This document shows positions 1 to 10,151 of a stretch of DNA of 64,000 bases, one piece after another (position 1 is the stretch's first letter; every line of letters starts with the position of its first letter). The stretch covers positions 1,054,001 to 1,118,000 of the forward strand of contig OZ251230.1 of NCBI GenBank assembly GCA_965240325.2. Direction: 5' to 3'. The notes beneath the pieces are model-generated. The model did no database searches. It worked only from the letters and a program-made list of their open reading frames with translations, and had not been told where the DNA came from. The position numbers were made by a program, and so were the translations under genes. Source of the DNA: Rebecca billardiae RCC1528. Its lineage: Eukaryota; Protista; Haptophyta.

Positions 1-875
1 TTTAACCCTGCGAGTTTCCGCTTGGGGAGTGAGGCCGATGCCGAACGCGCGGCAGCCTCTTGTGAGTCAGGCTCGAGTCCGAGACGGTGTGCTGTAGCAA
101 ACTACGGTGTCCGACGACGCAAGTGTATCAATAATGCATCTATGCAGTCGACGTGGCCGGAGCTGCTTAGGATGATGGCGTTACAACATACAATGAGTCG
201 AGGTGGTCTCGCACAGCTGCTACTGATGCTTGGATTTCAGCCGGCAGGCCGCGTCACTGTCAGTACGCCGTCTGACTCCGAGATGATTCAGTACTGGCTG
301 GTAGCACTCATATCGGCGGACGGCACGCCACCGGAAGCTGACAATGCTAGTCGTGCTGTTATGATGACGACCAGGCGCAGTACCGAATCGCAGCGGCCAC
401 TCTCCGTCCGATATGTGGACATCGGTAATTGCCAATCACTTGAATCCGGTCAGTACTCAGTCACGACTGCCCACAAACTACAGCGCTAAGCGACTCCACA
501 CTTACTCAAGCAGCAGCCGTGTCTATAATCAGGAATGACAGTGACACTACACTGGCAGTGCGCCCACCGTCCGATCCAGCAGTGAAGTCTCGCCGTTTGA
601 CCCGTCACTCTTCAGTAGGCAGATGACTTCGACTCCAAGCCCAGTTGTCGTCCTGAGTCGTCTGAATACGCGTCCGCGCTCGTCACTAGTTGCTCACGGA
701 CTGGCGTCCGATAAGTCTACTGGGCCCTGCCGCCCCGCGCAGAGCCGCCCGCCCGCCCCCTTCACTCTTCAGTTACGGGCCTTGGGCAGTGGGCATCGTC
801 CAGTGCTGAGCTGGCAACATGCGCAGCCATGATGCTCACGAATCGTCAATTATGGGCTCGGCGTCGTACTGTAGG

Positions 876-1310
876 CGGCCGCAGCCCTCATCCAGACCTC
901 GCAGGCGGACGGCTGAACGAATCTTCCGGCGGCGCTACCATCGGCGACGGCTTCATGGGCGGTGACAGTTGGCGGGCGTCAATCCCGCCTGCCCGTGAGC
1001 TGTGTGCGTCTCTTATTCTTAGTTAACTGTAGGAAGCGCGCGCTGCTCTGCTGCTTATTACTTCAGCATTATTATTATTATCAGCTAGACGGGCGCCTGG
1101 CGCGCCGCAAGGCGCGGCCCGCAGCCCTCATCCGCAGGCATTCCACTTCCAGGCCTCGCAGGCGTCCGAGACGGCTGAACGAATCCGTACGGTCAGTGGC
1201 CGACGGCGCTGCCATCGGCGACGGCTTCATGGGCGGTGACAGTTGGCGGCGGGCGTCAATCTCGCCTGCCTGAGCTGTGTGCGTCGTCTCTTATTCTTAG
1301 TAAACTGTAC
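876..1310 (+). repeat. Two tandem degenerate copies (876-1031, 1116-1310) of dispersed repeat family A, probably the 3' end of a retroelement
   Basis: Both copies read ...ccatcggcgacggcttcatgggcggtgacagttggc...gagctgtgtgcgtctcttattcttagt(t/a)aactgta. The same 3' terminus recurs at about 24643-24685, 34344-34422 and 34469-34515. Confidence 0.75.
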
Positions 1311-1719
1311 TCTCGCGAACTCAGCGTGAAGCGGTGAAGGCGGTAGCCTGTCGCGGACCGTGTTGCTGTTGCCCGTGTTGGCAGGCCGGCCCACTCCAGT
1401 TAGCCACTCTACCACACGGGGCTCACTGCACCGCTCAGATGAGCACCGTGCGTCCCGATGTCACGCGCAACGTCTTATATCAGCAGAGCTGCTGTGCTGC
1501 GCGTACTGGCGTACTTCTCGGCTCGGCAGTTTGCGGCGCAGCGACGTTGCGGGGCCGGCGGCAGACGCTGGCCAGGATCAGTGCTGTGTTACCATCGCGC
1601 GAACCCGCCGAAGTCACTTGAGCACGCCGTGAAATTGCACTCGGGGGCAACGCGTCGTGCGGGTCACCACGCTCCGATCGCTAGCCCCCGATGTGCAGAG
1701 GTACTGGTACACGCGGCCA

Positions 1720-2292
1720 TCAGAAGATGAGCGAGGGGTCGACAAACGCCAGCGCGCCTTTGTCAACCGACTCCATCAGCTCGTCGGGCAGCCCGGCGGC
1801 CGCGAACGGGCTGGGGGAGCCCGCACGAGCCTCCGCCAGCTTCTGGCGCTTTGCAGCGGCCGCAGGCTCCTTGCCGTTCCCGCTGTCTGCTATGCGCGCG
1901 CTCGCCCTCCCACCGCCCAACATGCACCGCTCCAGGTGTGGCGCGAATCGATGTGCCGACACCTTCTTGTCGCAGTGTGAGCATTTGAAGCTGTCGACGG
2001 CGACGGTGCGCGGCTTCGTGCCGAAGACGTCGAGCCCCGGCTGCTGCGAGACGACCTCATCCGCGAGGCGCTTCACGCGCTCGTGTACCGCTGCCGCGAG
2101 CTTCGCCTCAAACGCATCAGGCCCAAGCGGCGGCCAATCACAATTGCCCGTGCACGCGCGCTCGCCGCCGCACGCGAGGCAGAGCGCCCCTTTCGCGCGA
2201 GCTCGGTGCAGGGGCACGATGGCCTCTAGCGAGAGGTCATCCACGATCCCATCGAGCAGCGCCTCCACTGTCGCGCTCGGCGCTGCACACAT
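1720..2292 (-). CDS. SGF11: SAGA deubiquitination module subunit Sgf11/ATXN7L3-like
   Basis: C-terminal part of ORF 1720..3447: N-terminal helix LLDGIVDDLSLEAIVPLHR, then LDVFG and the Sgf11 zinc finger FKCSHCDKKVSAHRFAPHLERCM. In-frame ATG at 2292 (start inferred). Confidence 0.85.
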   Translation of the reverse strand: MCAAPSATVEALLDGIVDDLSLEAIVPLHRARAKGALCLACGGERACTGNCDWPPLGPDAFEAKLAAAVHERVKRLADEVVSQQPGLDVFGTKPRTVAVDSFKCSHCDKKVSAHRFAPHLERCMLGGGRASARIADSGNGKEPAAAAKRQKLAEARAGSPSPFAAAGLPDELMESVDKGALAFVDPSLIF

Positions 2293-2670
2293 GGCGCGCC
2301 CGTGTGACCACCTCACGCCCGCGCCGGCGGCGCCGCCAAGCACACCGACCAGCAGCCCACTAAAACCCGCGTACAATACATGGCGGCCGGTCCGGGGCCG
2401 AAGTAGAGGTTTTGGGTGGCAAGCGCGCTGATCCGGATGAGAAGCGCGTCGCCGCGCTTCGTCATCCTTTTGCTGCAGCGAGAGCCCGCTCGCGGTTTGG
2501 TGCGCCACACGACGCTCCCGGTGTGAGGTGCCGCTTCGCCAGCCAACCTGGCGCGCGCGTGCACGGGCTGGGCGCCGCCGTCCGCTCTTGGTGGCGCCGC
2601 GCGTGGCGCAGCAGGGTGCCGCCGGGGCATGGGTGTAGTCACCTCGCTTCTCACGATCAGTCTGAGAGCG

Positions 2671-3642
2671 ATGGCGCAGGCCGCGCGATCCACTGGCGCG
2701 GGCGCAGCGCGCGCAGTGCACCAACAGGCTCCGGTCGTGGCCGGCGCGGCCGCGCCGGCGCGCGCTGCTGCCGTGGAGGTGGACTCGCCGCCGGTACGCA
2801 CGCACAGCACCGCGTTTCTCAGCTCGCACGAGCCACAGCAGAACGTCGCGCTCGTCTTCCTCAACTCCCCCGGCGTGCACGCGCACTGCGGCGCGGGGCA
2901 GGCCAGCCTGTTTGAGCGCGTGTGGAGGGCGTCGGGCGCGCGCCTCTGCGCGGACGGCGCTGCGAACCGGCTCTACGACGGCCTGGCCCAGGAGACGCGA
3001 CGGCAGCGCCACCTCCCCGACCTGATCCGCGGCGACCTCGACTCGCTCCGGCCCGACGTGCGCGCGTACTATGAGGCAAAGGGCGTGCGCGTCGAGCGAG
3101 ACCCGGACCAGAGCACGCACGACCTCGACAAGTGCCTGCAGGCGCTGCACACGCACCACGCGAACCAGGCGCTGCGCATGCGCGCGGACGGCGACGACAG
3201 CGCGGAGGTCGGCGAGGACGACCTCACCGTCGTCGTCCTCGGCGCGTTTGGCGGCCGGCTCGACCAGATGATGTCCAACCTCAACATGCTGTACCGCTGG
3301 CAGAGCTTCGGGCAGATGATCATGATGAGCGAGGACTGCCTCGCGCTGCTGCTGCCGCCGGGGGAGCACCGGATCGTGCCCAACCCGGAGTTCGAGTCGA
3401 GCACGTGCGGCCTCATCCCCATCGGCGCGCCGAGCGCAGAGGTGCACACGTCGGGGCTCAAGTGGAACCTGGACGGCACCGAGCTCGCGTTCGGCGGCGT
3501 GGTGAGCTCGTCAAACGAGGTGGTGGCGGACGAGGTGAGCGTGCGCACGAGCGGGCCGCTGGTGTGGACGACGGTGCTTCACGACACGCCGTACTCTGCG
3601 GGGCAGGGGGGCGCCGATGAGGATACGGGATTCGCCATCTGA
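2671..3642 (+). CDS. TPK1: Thiamine pyrophosphokinase
   Basis: Motifs LCADGAANRLY, IRGDLDSLR, DQSTHDLDKC, GAFGGRLDQ, TSGLKWNL, GGVVSSSN. The start could be 2629 or 2671. Confidence 0.95.
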   Translation: MAQAARSTGAGAARAVHQQAPVVAGAAAPARAAAVEVDSPPVRTHSTAFLSSHEPQQNVALVFLNSPGVHAHCGAGQASLFERVWRASGARLCADGAANRLYDGLAQETRRQRHLPDLIRGDLDSLRPDVRAYYEAKGVRVERDPDQSTHDLDKCLQALHTHHANQALRMRADGDDSAEVGEDDLTVVVLGAFGGRLDQMMSNLNMLYRWQSFGQMIMMSEDCLALLLPPGEHRIVPNPEFESSTCGLIPIGAPSAEVHTSGLKWNLDGTELAFGGVVSSSNEVVADEVSVRTSGPLVWTTVLHDTPYSAGQGGADEDTGFAI

Positions 3643-4592
3643 GCGCGTCGCGTGGTCGCCCGTCTTAGTAGTCTATTTGAACGTTGACGCTCCGGCGAGC
3701 TCTGCAGCAGTGCAGTCTGCGCCCGCCGACTGCGATTCTCAGCGCGCCGCGGGACAATTCGTCCTACTATCTACCGTACTTTTTTATATACATGATTGGC
3801 CGGCGCTTCCCTTGCCGGGCCCGGCTGCCATCGCGGATCACTGACGGACCGAGAGTCCGTCCGCGGCGCCCGAGAGAGAGAGATGAGAGACTTGAGAGAG
3901 TACTGTCTGTCTGTAGTACGGCTCTGACAGGTCGCGGTCTACACCGCCGTCTATAGCTGCACTCGGTACGCGCGGCGGATACTACTTACTAGTATCACTA
4001 TGCCCCGGATTAACTGTGTGTCAGTCTGACAGTCTGTCCGAGTGAATATACAGTCGTCCCTGGAGACTAGTACGAGAGCTCGTCTGTCACTCTACTGTAA
4101 CTACTGGACGACGACACCGCCGACCGCGGGACTCGGGAGTCCGCGCGGGACGGCGCGCATCATTGGCTCATCATCAATCACATCATCAATAATAACTTTG
4201 ACTGGCGGCAATCGTTGTCACTGACTCACACCGAGATAATCATCATCGATCTGTGGTCGTCCTGCAGCAGGCTGCACGGCGCGGAGCCGGCCCGCGGCGC
4301 CGTGCCGGCGCAGTGCCACGGTACTACCGTGGCCGGACCGTGGCCGTGCAGTGAGTCAGCAGTGACCGCCGTCCGACCGAGTGTGAATTCGGACGCCGCG
4401 CCGCCGGGTGGCCACTCAGGCAGCAAGTTATACGCGCGATAATAGGTGTCGTACATTGACTGATGACAGAGTCGTAGCTTAGGCGACAGACCGTTGTATA
4501 TTTGATATATTTTGATTCGCGGGCGCGGTCCGCCGATCGCCCTGATCGCGCGGAGCCTGCCCGTGCCGCGAGTCGGAGTGGCGCGAGTGCGC

Positions 4593-6290
4593 TCAGGCCT
4601 CGCCGTCTCTCCACGTGGCCATGAACGCGGCGTGGAAGTCGCGCAGCTTGCCGATCACGCCGGCGATGTGCTCCTCGCGCGGCAAGAAGGTGATGCGCAG
4701 GTGGTGCGTGCCCGGGTCCTGCTTGAAGCCCGAGCCAGGCACGAGGCAGATCCCCGTCGCGTCGAGGAGCTCCTCTGCGTACATGGCGTCTGGCTCGACG
4801 CCGCGCTCCGCCGCGCGCGCCCTCGCGCGCGCGGGCAGCTCGAGCCGCGGGAAGAGGTAGAAGGCGCCCTCGGCGGGCTGGCAGCTCACGCCCTCCATCG
4901 AGTTGAACGCGTCGCAGAAGAGGCGCGCGCGGCGCGGGAACGAGGCCATCATCTCCTCGCGCTCGCGCGCGTACGTCTCGAAGGACGGCGCGCCGGGCTG
5001 CGGCGGGTGCAGCATGAGCTCGAGGGTCGCCTGCCCGGCCGCGTTCGAGCAGAGGCCGAGCGACAGCTCCTTGTACATCGCGGCCTTGGCGGCCGCGCCG
5101 ATGCCGAAGCACTCGACGTACCCGCCGCGCCGGCCGCACTCGCCGAGCAGGCCCTTGGACGCGGAGTGCAGCGAGAAGAGCTCGAGTTGGTCGGGCTTCA
5201 CGCCCATGTCTGCGACCACCTTCTTGAACGAGAAGAACGGCTTCGGGGTCCACACGTTCGCCTGGTACACCTCGTCGGCGAGCAGCACCAGCCGCTCCTC
5301 GACGCACAGGCGCACGAGCGCGCGCTGCTCCTCCACGCCGAGCACGTTGCCCGTCGGGTTGCCCGGGTTGATCACGACGAGCGCGCGAGGGCTGTGGCCG
5401 CGCGCGCGCGAGGCGGTGAGGGCCCGGCGCACCTCGTCGACGTCGAGCCGCCAGCCGCCCTCCTCGATGAGCCGGTAGCACGCCAGCTGCCCGCCCACGA
5501 ACCCCGTGATCGACGAGTACCCCGGGTACTGCGGCTGCGGCACCACGACCGCGTCCGTCTCGTTCCGCACGACCATCGACAGAATCATCCGCATCGCGGC
5601 GCTCGCGCCGTCGGTGAGGAAGATCTCGTCGGCGGAGGAGGGGTGGCCGTCGCGCGTCTCGATGAACTCGGCCACGCGCTGCCGCACGTACCGCGCGCCC
5701 TGCGTCTCGGTGTACGCGCCGATGCCGGCGGGCATGTGCTGGAGGATGGTGCGCGCGCGCTCGAGCAGGTCGGCCGGGAAGAGCGCCGCCGCGGCGGGGT
5801 TGTCGAGGAGCGGCGGATAGTCGAGGAGCGCGAGAGTCTGCCGCACGTAGGTGAGTGGCGGGTGGCCCACCGCCTGCGGGTTGCCCATGTGGCACTCGAG
5901 GACGTGCTCGAACGGCAGCGCCGCCTTGCGCCCCTTCTGCAGCAGCCGTGCGCGGTACGCCGTGGCCTTCATCGCAATGGGCCCCCGGACCGCGCTGACG
6001 CCCTTCTTGAACTTGGCCGCCATCTTGTGCTCGACCAGGCGCTTGCCCTCAGATGGCTGCCGCGCCAGCGACGGCATCTGCGGGCGCATGCCCGTGGCAC
6101 TAGCCGCGCGTGAGCTGCCCTCCGTGCCCTCTGAGCGCGAGCGCTTGATGGAGGGGGCGGCGGGCGAGACGTCGAGAGAGCGCTCCGAGGCGGGGGGACG
6201 CTGCTTGCGCTTGAGCTTAGAGGTGCTCCTCAAGGCTGGCGACGTCGAGGACACGCCGCCGTAGTAGACGATACCCTTGGCGAGTGGCAT
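4593..6290 (-). CDS. Alanine aminotransferase (PLP-dependent class I)
   Basis: AVRGPI, MGNPQ, GAYTETQG, IFLTDGAS, VVINPGNPTGNVL, LLADEVYQ, SLHSASKGLLGECGRRGGY (PLP lysine), VPGSGFKQ. Start uncertain. Confidence 0.93.
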   Translation of the reverse strand: MPLAKGIVYYGGVSSTSPALRSTSKLKRKQRPPASERSLDVSPAAPSIKRSRSEGTEGSSRAASATGMRPQMPSLARQPSEGKRLVEHKMAAKFKKGVSAVRGPIAMKATAYRARLLQKGRKAALPFEHVLECHMGNPQAVGHPPLTYVRQTLALLDYPPLLDNPAAAALFPADLLERARTILQHMPAGIGAYTETQGARYVRQRVAEFIETRDGHPSSADEIFLTDGASAAMRMILSMVVRNETDAVVVPQPQYPGYSSITGFVGGQLACYRLIEEGGWRLDVDEVRRALTASRARGHSPRALVVINPGNPTGNVLGVEEQRALVRLCVEERLVLLADEVYQANVWTPKPFFSFKKVVADMGVKPDQLELFSLHSASKGLLGECGRRGGYVECFGIGAAAKAAMYKELSLGLCSNAAGQATLELMLHPPQPGAPSFETYAREREEMMASFPRRARLFCDAFNSMEGVSCQPAEGAFYLFPRLELPARARARAAERGVEPDAMYAEELLDATGICLVPGSGFKQDPGTHHLRITFLPREEHIAGVIGKLRDFHAAFMATWRDGEA

Positions 6291-6767
6291 TCGTGCGTGC
6301 GTTGCGGGGTGAGGACGACTCGTGTCGGGATGACGTTGGTCGGAGGTGTCGGAAGCTCGCGCCCGGCCGTGGGGGCCGCGTGACATTCACCAAGACGAAG
6401 CTGCCAGCGAGGTGGCGTTTCCTAGGCGGATGCAAAAGAATCTTTTCTCCTCGGCAGGCCATTGGCCGACCTGGAGATCGCGGGCCTGAGCTGAGCCTGA
6501 AAATCCTGGACCGCCCTGAATTCTGCGCCCTCCGATAAAGAATTGTGAATATGTAGCAAGGGCCGTTTATGTAGCGCGCTCTAGATCTAGGAACCACTGC
6601 AGGAGTGGAAAGTGTACAGACTGTGTAATCAGGCTTGATTGCTTCCACTGATGATGACCACAGAACTTCGATCTCGTCGGTGCAACGGACTGAAGAACTG
6701 GCGAGCGGCTGGCGAATCTGAAACTCCTCGCGGGCTCGCGGCGGGGTCGCGCGCGACCAACGGGCAA

Positions 6768-9700
6768 ATGGCGGTGCCTTATCCGGCGCCGGGCCCACTC
6801 GTGCTCCTCCTGCACGCGCGCGCCTCGTGCGCAGCGTCGCAGCCAGGCGCTCGGGCGCTGTCGCACAGCCTCGTCCACGCGGACTCGTTGGCCGAGTGCG
6901 CCTGGCATGTGCGCCGCGCCGGCGCAGCCGTGCAGCACGTGCGCTTCTTCGAATGGCGGCCGAATGAGCACGCGTGCATGCCGTGCTCCGCCGCGAGCGT
7001 TTCGCAGCGCTACGTGAGCGACGCGAGCATCTACGTCCTCGAGGAGCCGCAGTCACCCCCACCTCCCCTTCCACCGCCCGCACCGCCACCACCCTTGCCC
7101 TCGCCGCCGTCGCCGCCGCTGTCACCAGACGCGAGGCGCGTAGGAGCCGGGCGAGCGTGCGGCTCGCCGACGAGCGGGCTGCTGCTGTCCATCCTCTCGC
7201 CCCTAGCCTGCGCCGCGCACTTTCCACACGCCCCGTATGTGGCCTGGAGCTCGCGCTCACACGCGTGCCTAGCGTGCTCACACGCGCAGCGCGAGCGCAG
7301 CAGAGCGGCCCGAGGGTTCAGCATCTACGAAACGTCCGCGTTCGTGGACAGACAGCCCCGCAGTGCGCACCCGCCTGTGGCCCGCAGAGCGCAGCTCGGA
7401 GCACACGGTGCGGATGCTCAAACTGAGCTCTACGATGTGCATCCTGCACCGCTCGACTCGTCCTCCTCCCCGCCGCCGCCGCCAGCTCCGGTGGTCCGGC
7501 GCGCACCGCCCCCGCCGCCCGCCGACCTGTGGTTTTGGCGCATGCGCTCGCCCTCGCCGCTCCCGCCGCCCCCGTCGCTGCCACCACATCCGTCGCGACC
7601 CCCGCCAGGGATGCCGCCACCTCCACCACCGGCATTTCCGCCAGCGCCTCCTCCGCGTTCGCCGCCAGTCCCCCCGCCACTCCCTCCGCCGCCTCCACCG
7701 CTGTTGCCACCGCCGTCTGCGCCGCCGTCATTCCCTCCGCCTGCGCCACCCCCGCCACCCCAGCCGCCGCCGCGTGCGCCGCCATCGCTGCCGCCGGCAT
7801 CACCGCCATTACTTCCACCATCGGCTCCACCTTTCCAACCGCCATCCCCGCCGACATCGCCACCTCCTTCAGCTCCTCCACGGCCGCCGCCGCCACCACC
7901 TCTGCAGCCACCGCCGCCGCCATCGCCGCCGCCGCAACCACCGCAGCCGCCCCCACAGCCTCCAAGCCTACCACCCTGGCCGCCGCTGCAGCCACCGATG
8001 CCGCCGTCGCCACCTCCGCACCTGCCGCCGCTCCCAAACGCTCCTCCAGTCTCGCCACCACCGCTGCCTCCCGCGCCGCCGCCGCAATCGCCACCACCGC
8101 TGAGCCCGCCGCCGCCTCCACCACCGCCACCACCACCGCTGCCACCGCTTCCGCCCTCGCCACCACCTCAACCACCGCCGCAGCCGAGTCGCCCTCCGCC
8201 TCCCCCGCCGCCACCACGACCCGAGTCGCCGCCGCAACTACCACCGCCACCGAGCCCTCCTCTGCCTCCACCGCCACCTCCGCCACCGCCGTATCCGCTA
8301 CCACCTTCACCACCACCTCACTCTCCGCCGTTGCCCAGCCGTCCGCCATCCATGCCCCTCCCGCCTCCACCGCAGCCTGAGCGCCCCCCACCGCTGTCAT
8401 CGCCGCCCTCTCCGCGACCGCCGCCCGGGCCCACGCCGCCTCCGCAGCCGCTCCCCAAGCCGCCACCGTCACCGTCGCCCGTGGAAGTGCCTGAGCCTCC
8501 CCTCCCATCCGTCTCCCCGCCTCCAGCCCCGCCACCATCGCCGTCGCAGGCCGCGGTCGTCCCACCGCTCAGGCTCGAACAGCATCACTCGGCGCCGCCG
8601 CCCCCTGGCCACCGGCCACTCCCTCAGCCGGCTGCGGCACGCGCTCCTCCGCCAACGAGTGCCTCTGGGCGAGCACGGTGGATGCTGCTGCAGCCGCCTC
8701 CGCCGCCACCCACTGCTTCCTTGGGAGACCAGAGGCCAGTGCGTGGCGCGTCGGCAGCGAGCGACCCGTCGCCTTCGCACATCTTCAGGAAGCGCAGCAG
8801 CAAGCACGCGCCGCCTGCCGACCACGCCGCCATGCGACCTCGGTCGGACCCGGACGAGAGCACGGCTCGCGCGGCCGGCTCGGCGTGCTCGCTTGTGCCC
8901 GGCTGGTGGCGGCCGGGCTGCTCAGAGGAGCGCGTTGCGCAGGCGGGGCTGCTCGCATGCGCGCTGCTGCTGCTGCTGCTGCTCAGTTGGCGCGCGCTCA
9001 AGCGCTGCTGCAGCGGCTGCTGCTGCTGCGCACCGCCCCCGGACGCTGACGAGAAGAGCAGAGAGGCTGACCCCACCGCCACCACTGCACGCACAGCCGC
9101 AACCCATGTGCACACGAGGCCAGTTGTAGCGCACGGCGGCCCCACCGGATCGCAGTCCGGGGCGCTCGCCGGGCCGGATCCCGTGCTGGTGCAGCTGATG
9201 GCGGAGAAGGCGCACGTGCGCGTGGCGCTCGAGGCGATGACGGCGCTTCGGCTCAGCGCGCACGCGCGCAGCGACGGCGCGCCGGCCGAGGGCCCGCCAC
9301 GCGGCGACTGCGCTCGGGAGCACCGCGAGATTGCCGCGCGCCGTGCTGAGCGCAGCGGCGGAGGCGGCAGCTGCGGCGAGGACGTGGCAGCCGCCGCTCG
9401 CAACTGGTCAAGCACGGCGAGGGCGTGGTCCCTCGCGCAGTCTCGCGCCCAGCGGCTGGGGATGGCGCCACCCCCGTTGGCCTCTGACCCGGGAGCGGTT
9501 CTTCCACGCTCTTCCCCGCACACGTCTGCGCACGCGTGCATCCGGCTTGACGGCGCCGCCACTGACCTCACACCGCCCGGGCTGCCGTCATCACCGACAT
9601 CGACACGCGCATCGTCCACCGCGAGCTCTGCGGCGCCATTCCCGCCATACCGCTACCTGCGCTCGCCATCAGCGCCGGCCTCCTCCGCCTCCTCCTCCTC

Positions 9701-9983
9701 CTGCTGCTCTCCAGGCGGGGCTGCCGCTGCAGAGCGGGCGTGGCAGGTACGCAAGGAGCTGCTCCTGTGCGGCGCAGCATCGCTGGCGACGACGTCGCCG
9801 TCGTGGTCACCATCAGCCGCTGATGAGATCATCACGGCGGAGTCATCATCAGCTTATTCGTCCACAGCGTCGTCAATGGCCCCGCCGGCCGCAGCACCAG
9901 CCTCGAGAGCATCATCTGCGTCATCGTCCACGGCGGGGTCGGAGTCATCTCTGAAGCAGCTGCTGCCACCGGCGATGCTCTAG
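6768..9983 (+). CDS. Proline-rich single-pass cell-surface protein with two N-terminal Cys modules (PAN/apple-like)
   Basis: Long open frame with a hydrophobic N-terminus, two similar modules (C...FFEW...HACMPCS...SIY and C...YVAW...HACLACS...SIY), a long SPPPP-type stalk, TM AGLLACALLLLLLLSW followed by KRCCSGCCCC, and a Ser-rich tail. Confidence 0.7.
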   Translation: MAVPYPAPGPLVLLLHARASCAASQPGARALSHSLVHADSLAECAWHVRRAGAAVQHVRFFEWRPNEHACMPCSAASVSQRYVSDASIYVLEEPQSPPPPLPPPAPPPPLPSPPSPPLSPDARRVGAGRACGSPTSGLLLSILSPLACAAHFPHAPYVAWSSRSHACLACSHAQRERSRAARGFSIYETSAFVDRQPRSAHPPVARRAQLGAHGADAQTELYDVHPAPLDSSSSPPPPPAPVVRRAPPPPPADLWFWRMRSPSPLPPPPSLPPHPSRPPPGMPPPPPPAFPPAPPPRSPPVPPPLPPPPPPLLPPPSAPPSFPPPAPPPPPQPPPRAPPSLPPASPPLLPPSAPPFQPPSPPTSPPPSAPPRPPPPPPLQPPPPPSPPPQPPQPPPQPPSLPPWPPLQPPMPPSPPPHLPPLPNAPPVSPPPLPPAPPPQSPPPLSPPPPPPPPPPPLPPLPPSPPPQPPPQPSRPPPPPPPPRPESPPQLPPPPSPPLPPPPPPPPPYPLPPSPPPHSPPLPSRPPSMPLPPPPQPERPPPLSSPPSPRPPPGPTPPPQPLPKPPPSPSPVEVPEPPLPSVSPPPAPPPSPSQAAVVPPLRLEQHHSAPPPPGHRPLPQPAAARAPPPTSASGRARWMLLQPPPPPPTASLGDQRPVRGASAASDPSPSHIFRKRSSKHAPPADHAAMRPRSDPDESTARAAGSACSLVPGWWRPGCSEERVAQAGLLACALLLLLLLSWRALKRCCSGCCCCAPPPDADEKSREADPTATTARTAATHVHTRPVVAHGGPTGSQSGALAGPDPVLVQLMAEKAHVRVALEAMTALRLSAHARSDGAPAEGPPRGDCAREHREIAARRAERSGGGGSCGEDVAAAARNWSSTARAWSLAQSRAQRLGMAPPPLASDPGAVLPRSSPHTSAHACIRLDGAATDLTPPGLPSSPTSTRASSTASSAAPFPPYRYLRSPSAPASSASSSSCCSPGGAAAAERAWQVRKELLLCGAASLATTSPSWSPSAADEIITAESSSAYSSTASSMAPPAAAPASRASSASSSTAGSESSLKQLLPPAML
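7480..8720 (+). repeat. Low-complexity CCN (polyproline-coding) tract
   Basis: Runs of ccg/cca/cct codons. Confidence 0.9.
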
Positions 9984-10151
9984 TCCTAGGCTGCTTGTGT
10001 GATGCTCCTGGTAACAACGGTCACAGCAGACATCAGTCACAGAGCAGCTGAGAGCAGTGGCAGCTCTGGCTCTGCAGCGTCACTGCGCCTCATCAGTCGC
10101 GTGCATGGACTCGTCGCGGTTACGCTCGATCGCGACATGCAGCAATAATAC

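Noticed and set aside
1-10. tttaaccctg at the window start (and ccctaaccctca near 56866) as telomeric repeats
   Set aside because: Only one or two degenerate units are present, not an array.
2293-3447. The 575-aa minus ORF and many other long antisense or alternate-frame ORFs (e.g. 4512..6113, 39260..40993, 44946..46898)
   Set aside because: These are shadow ORFs caused by high GC3 on the opposite strand of real genes. They are Arg/Ala/Pro-rich with no motifs.
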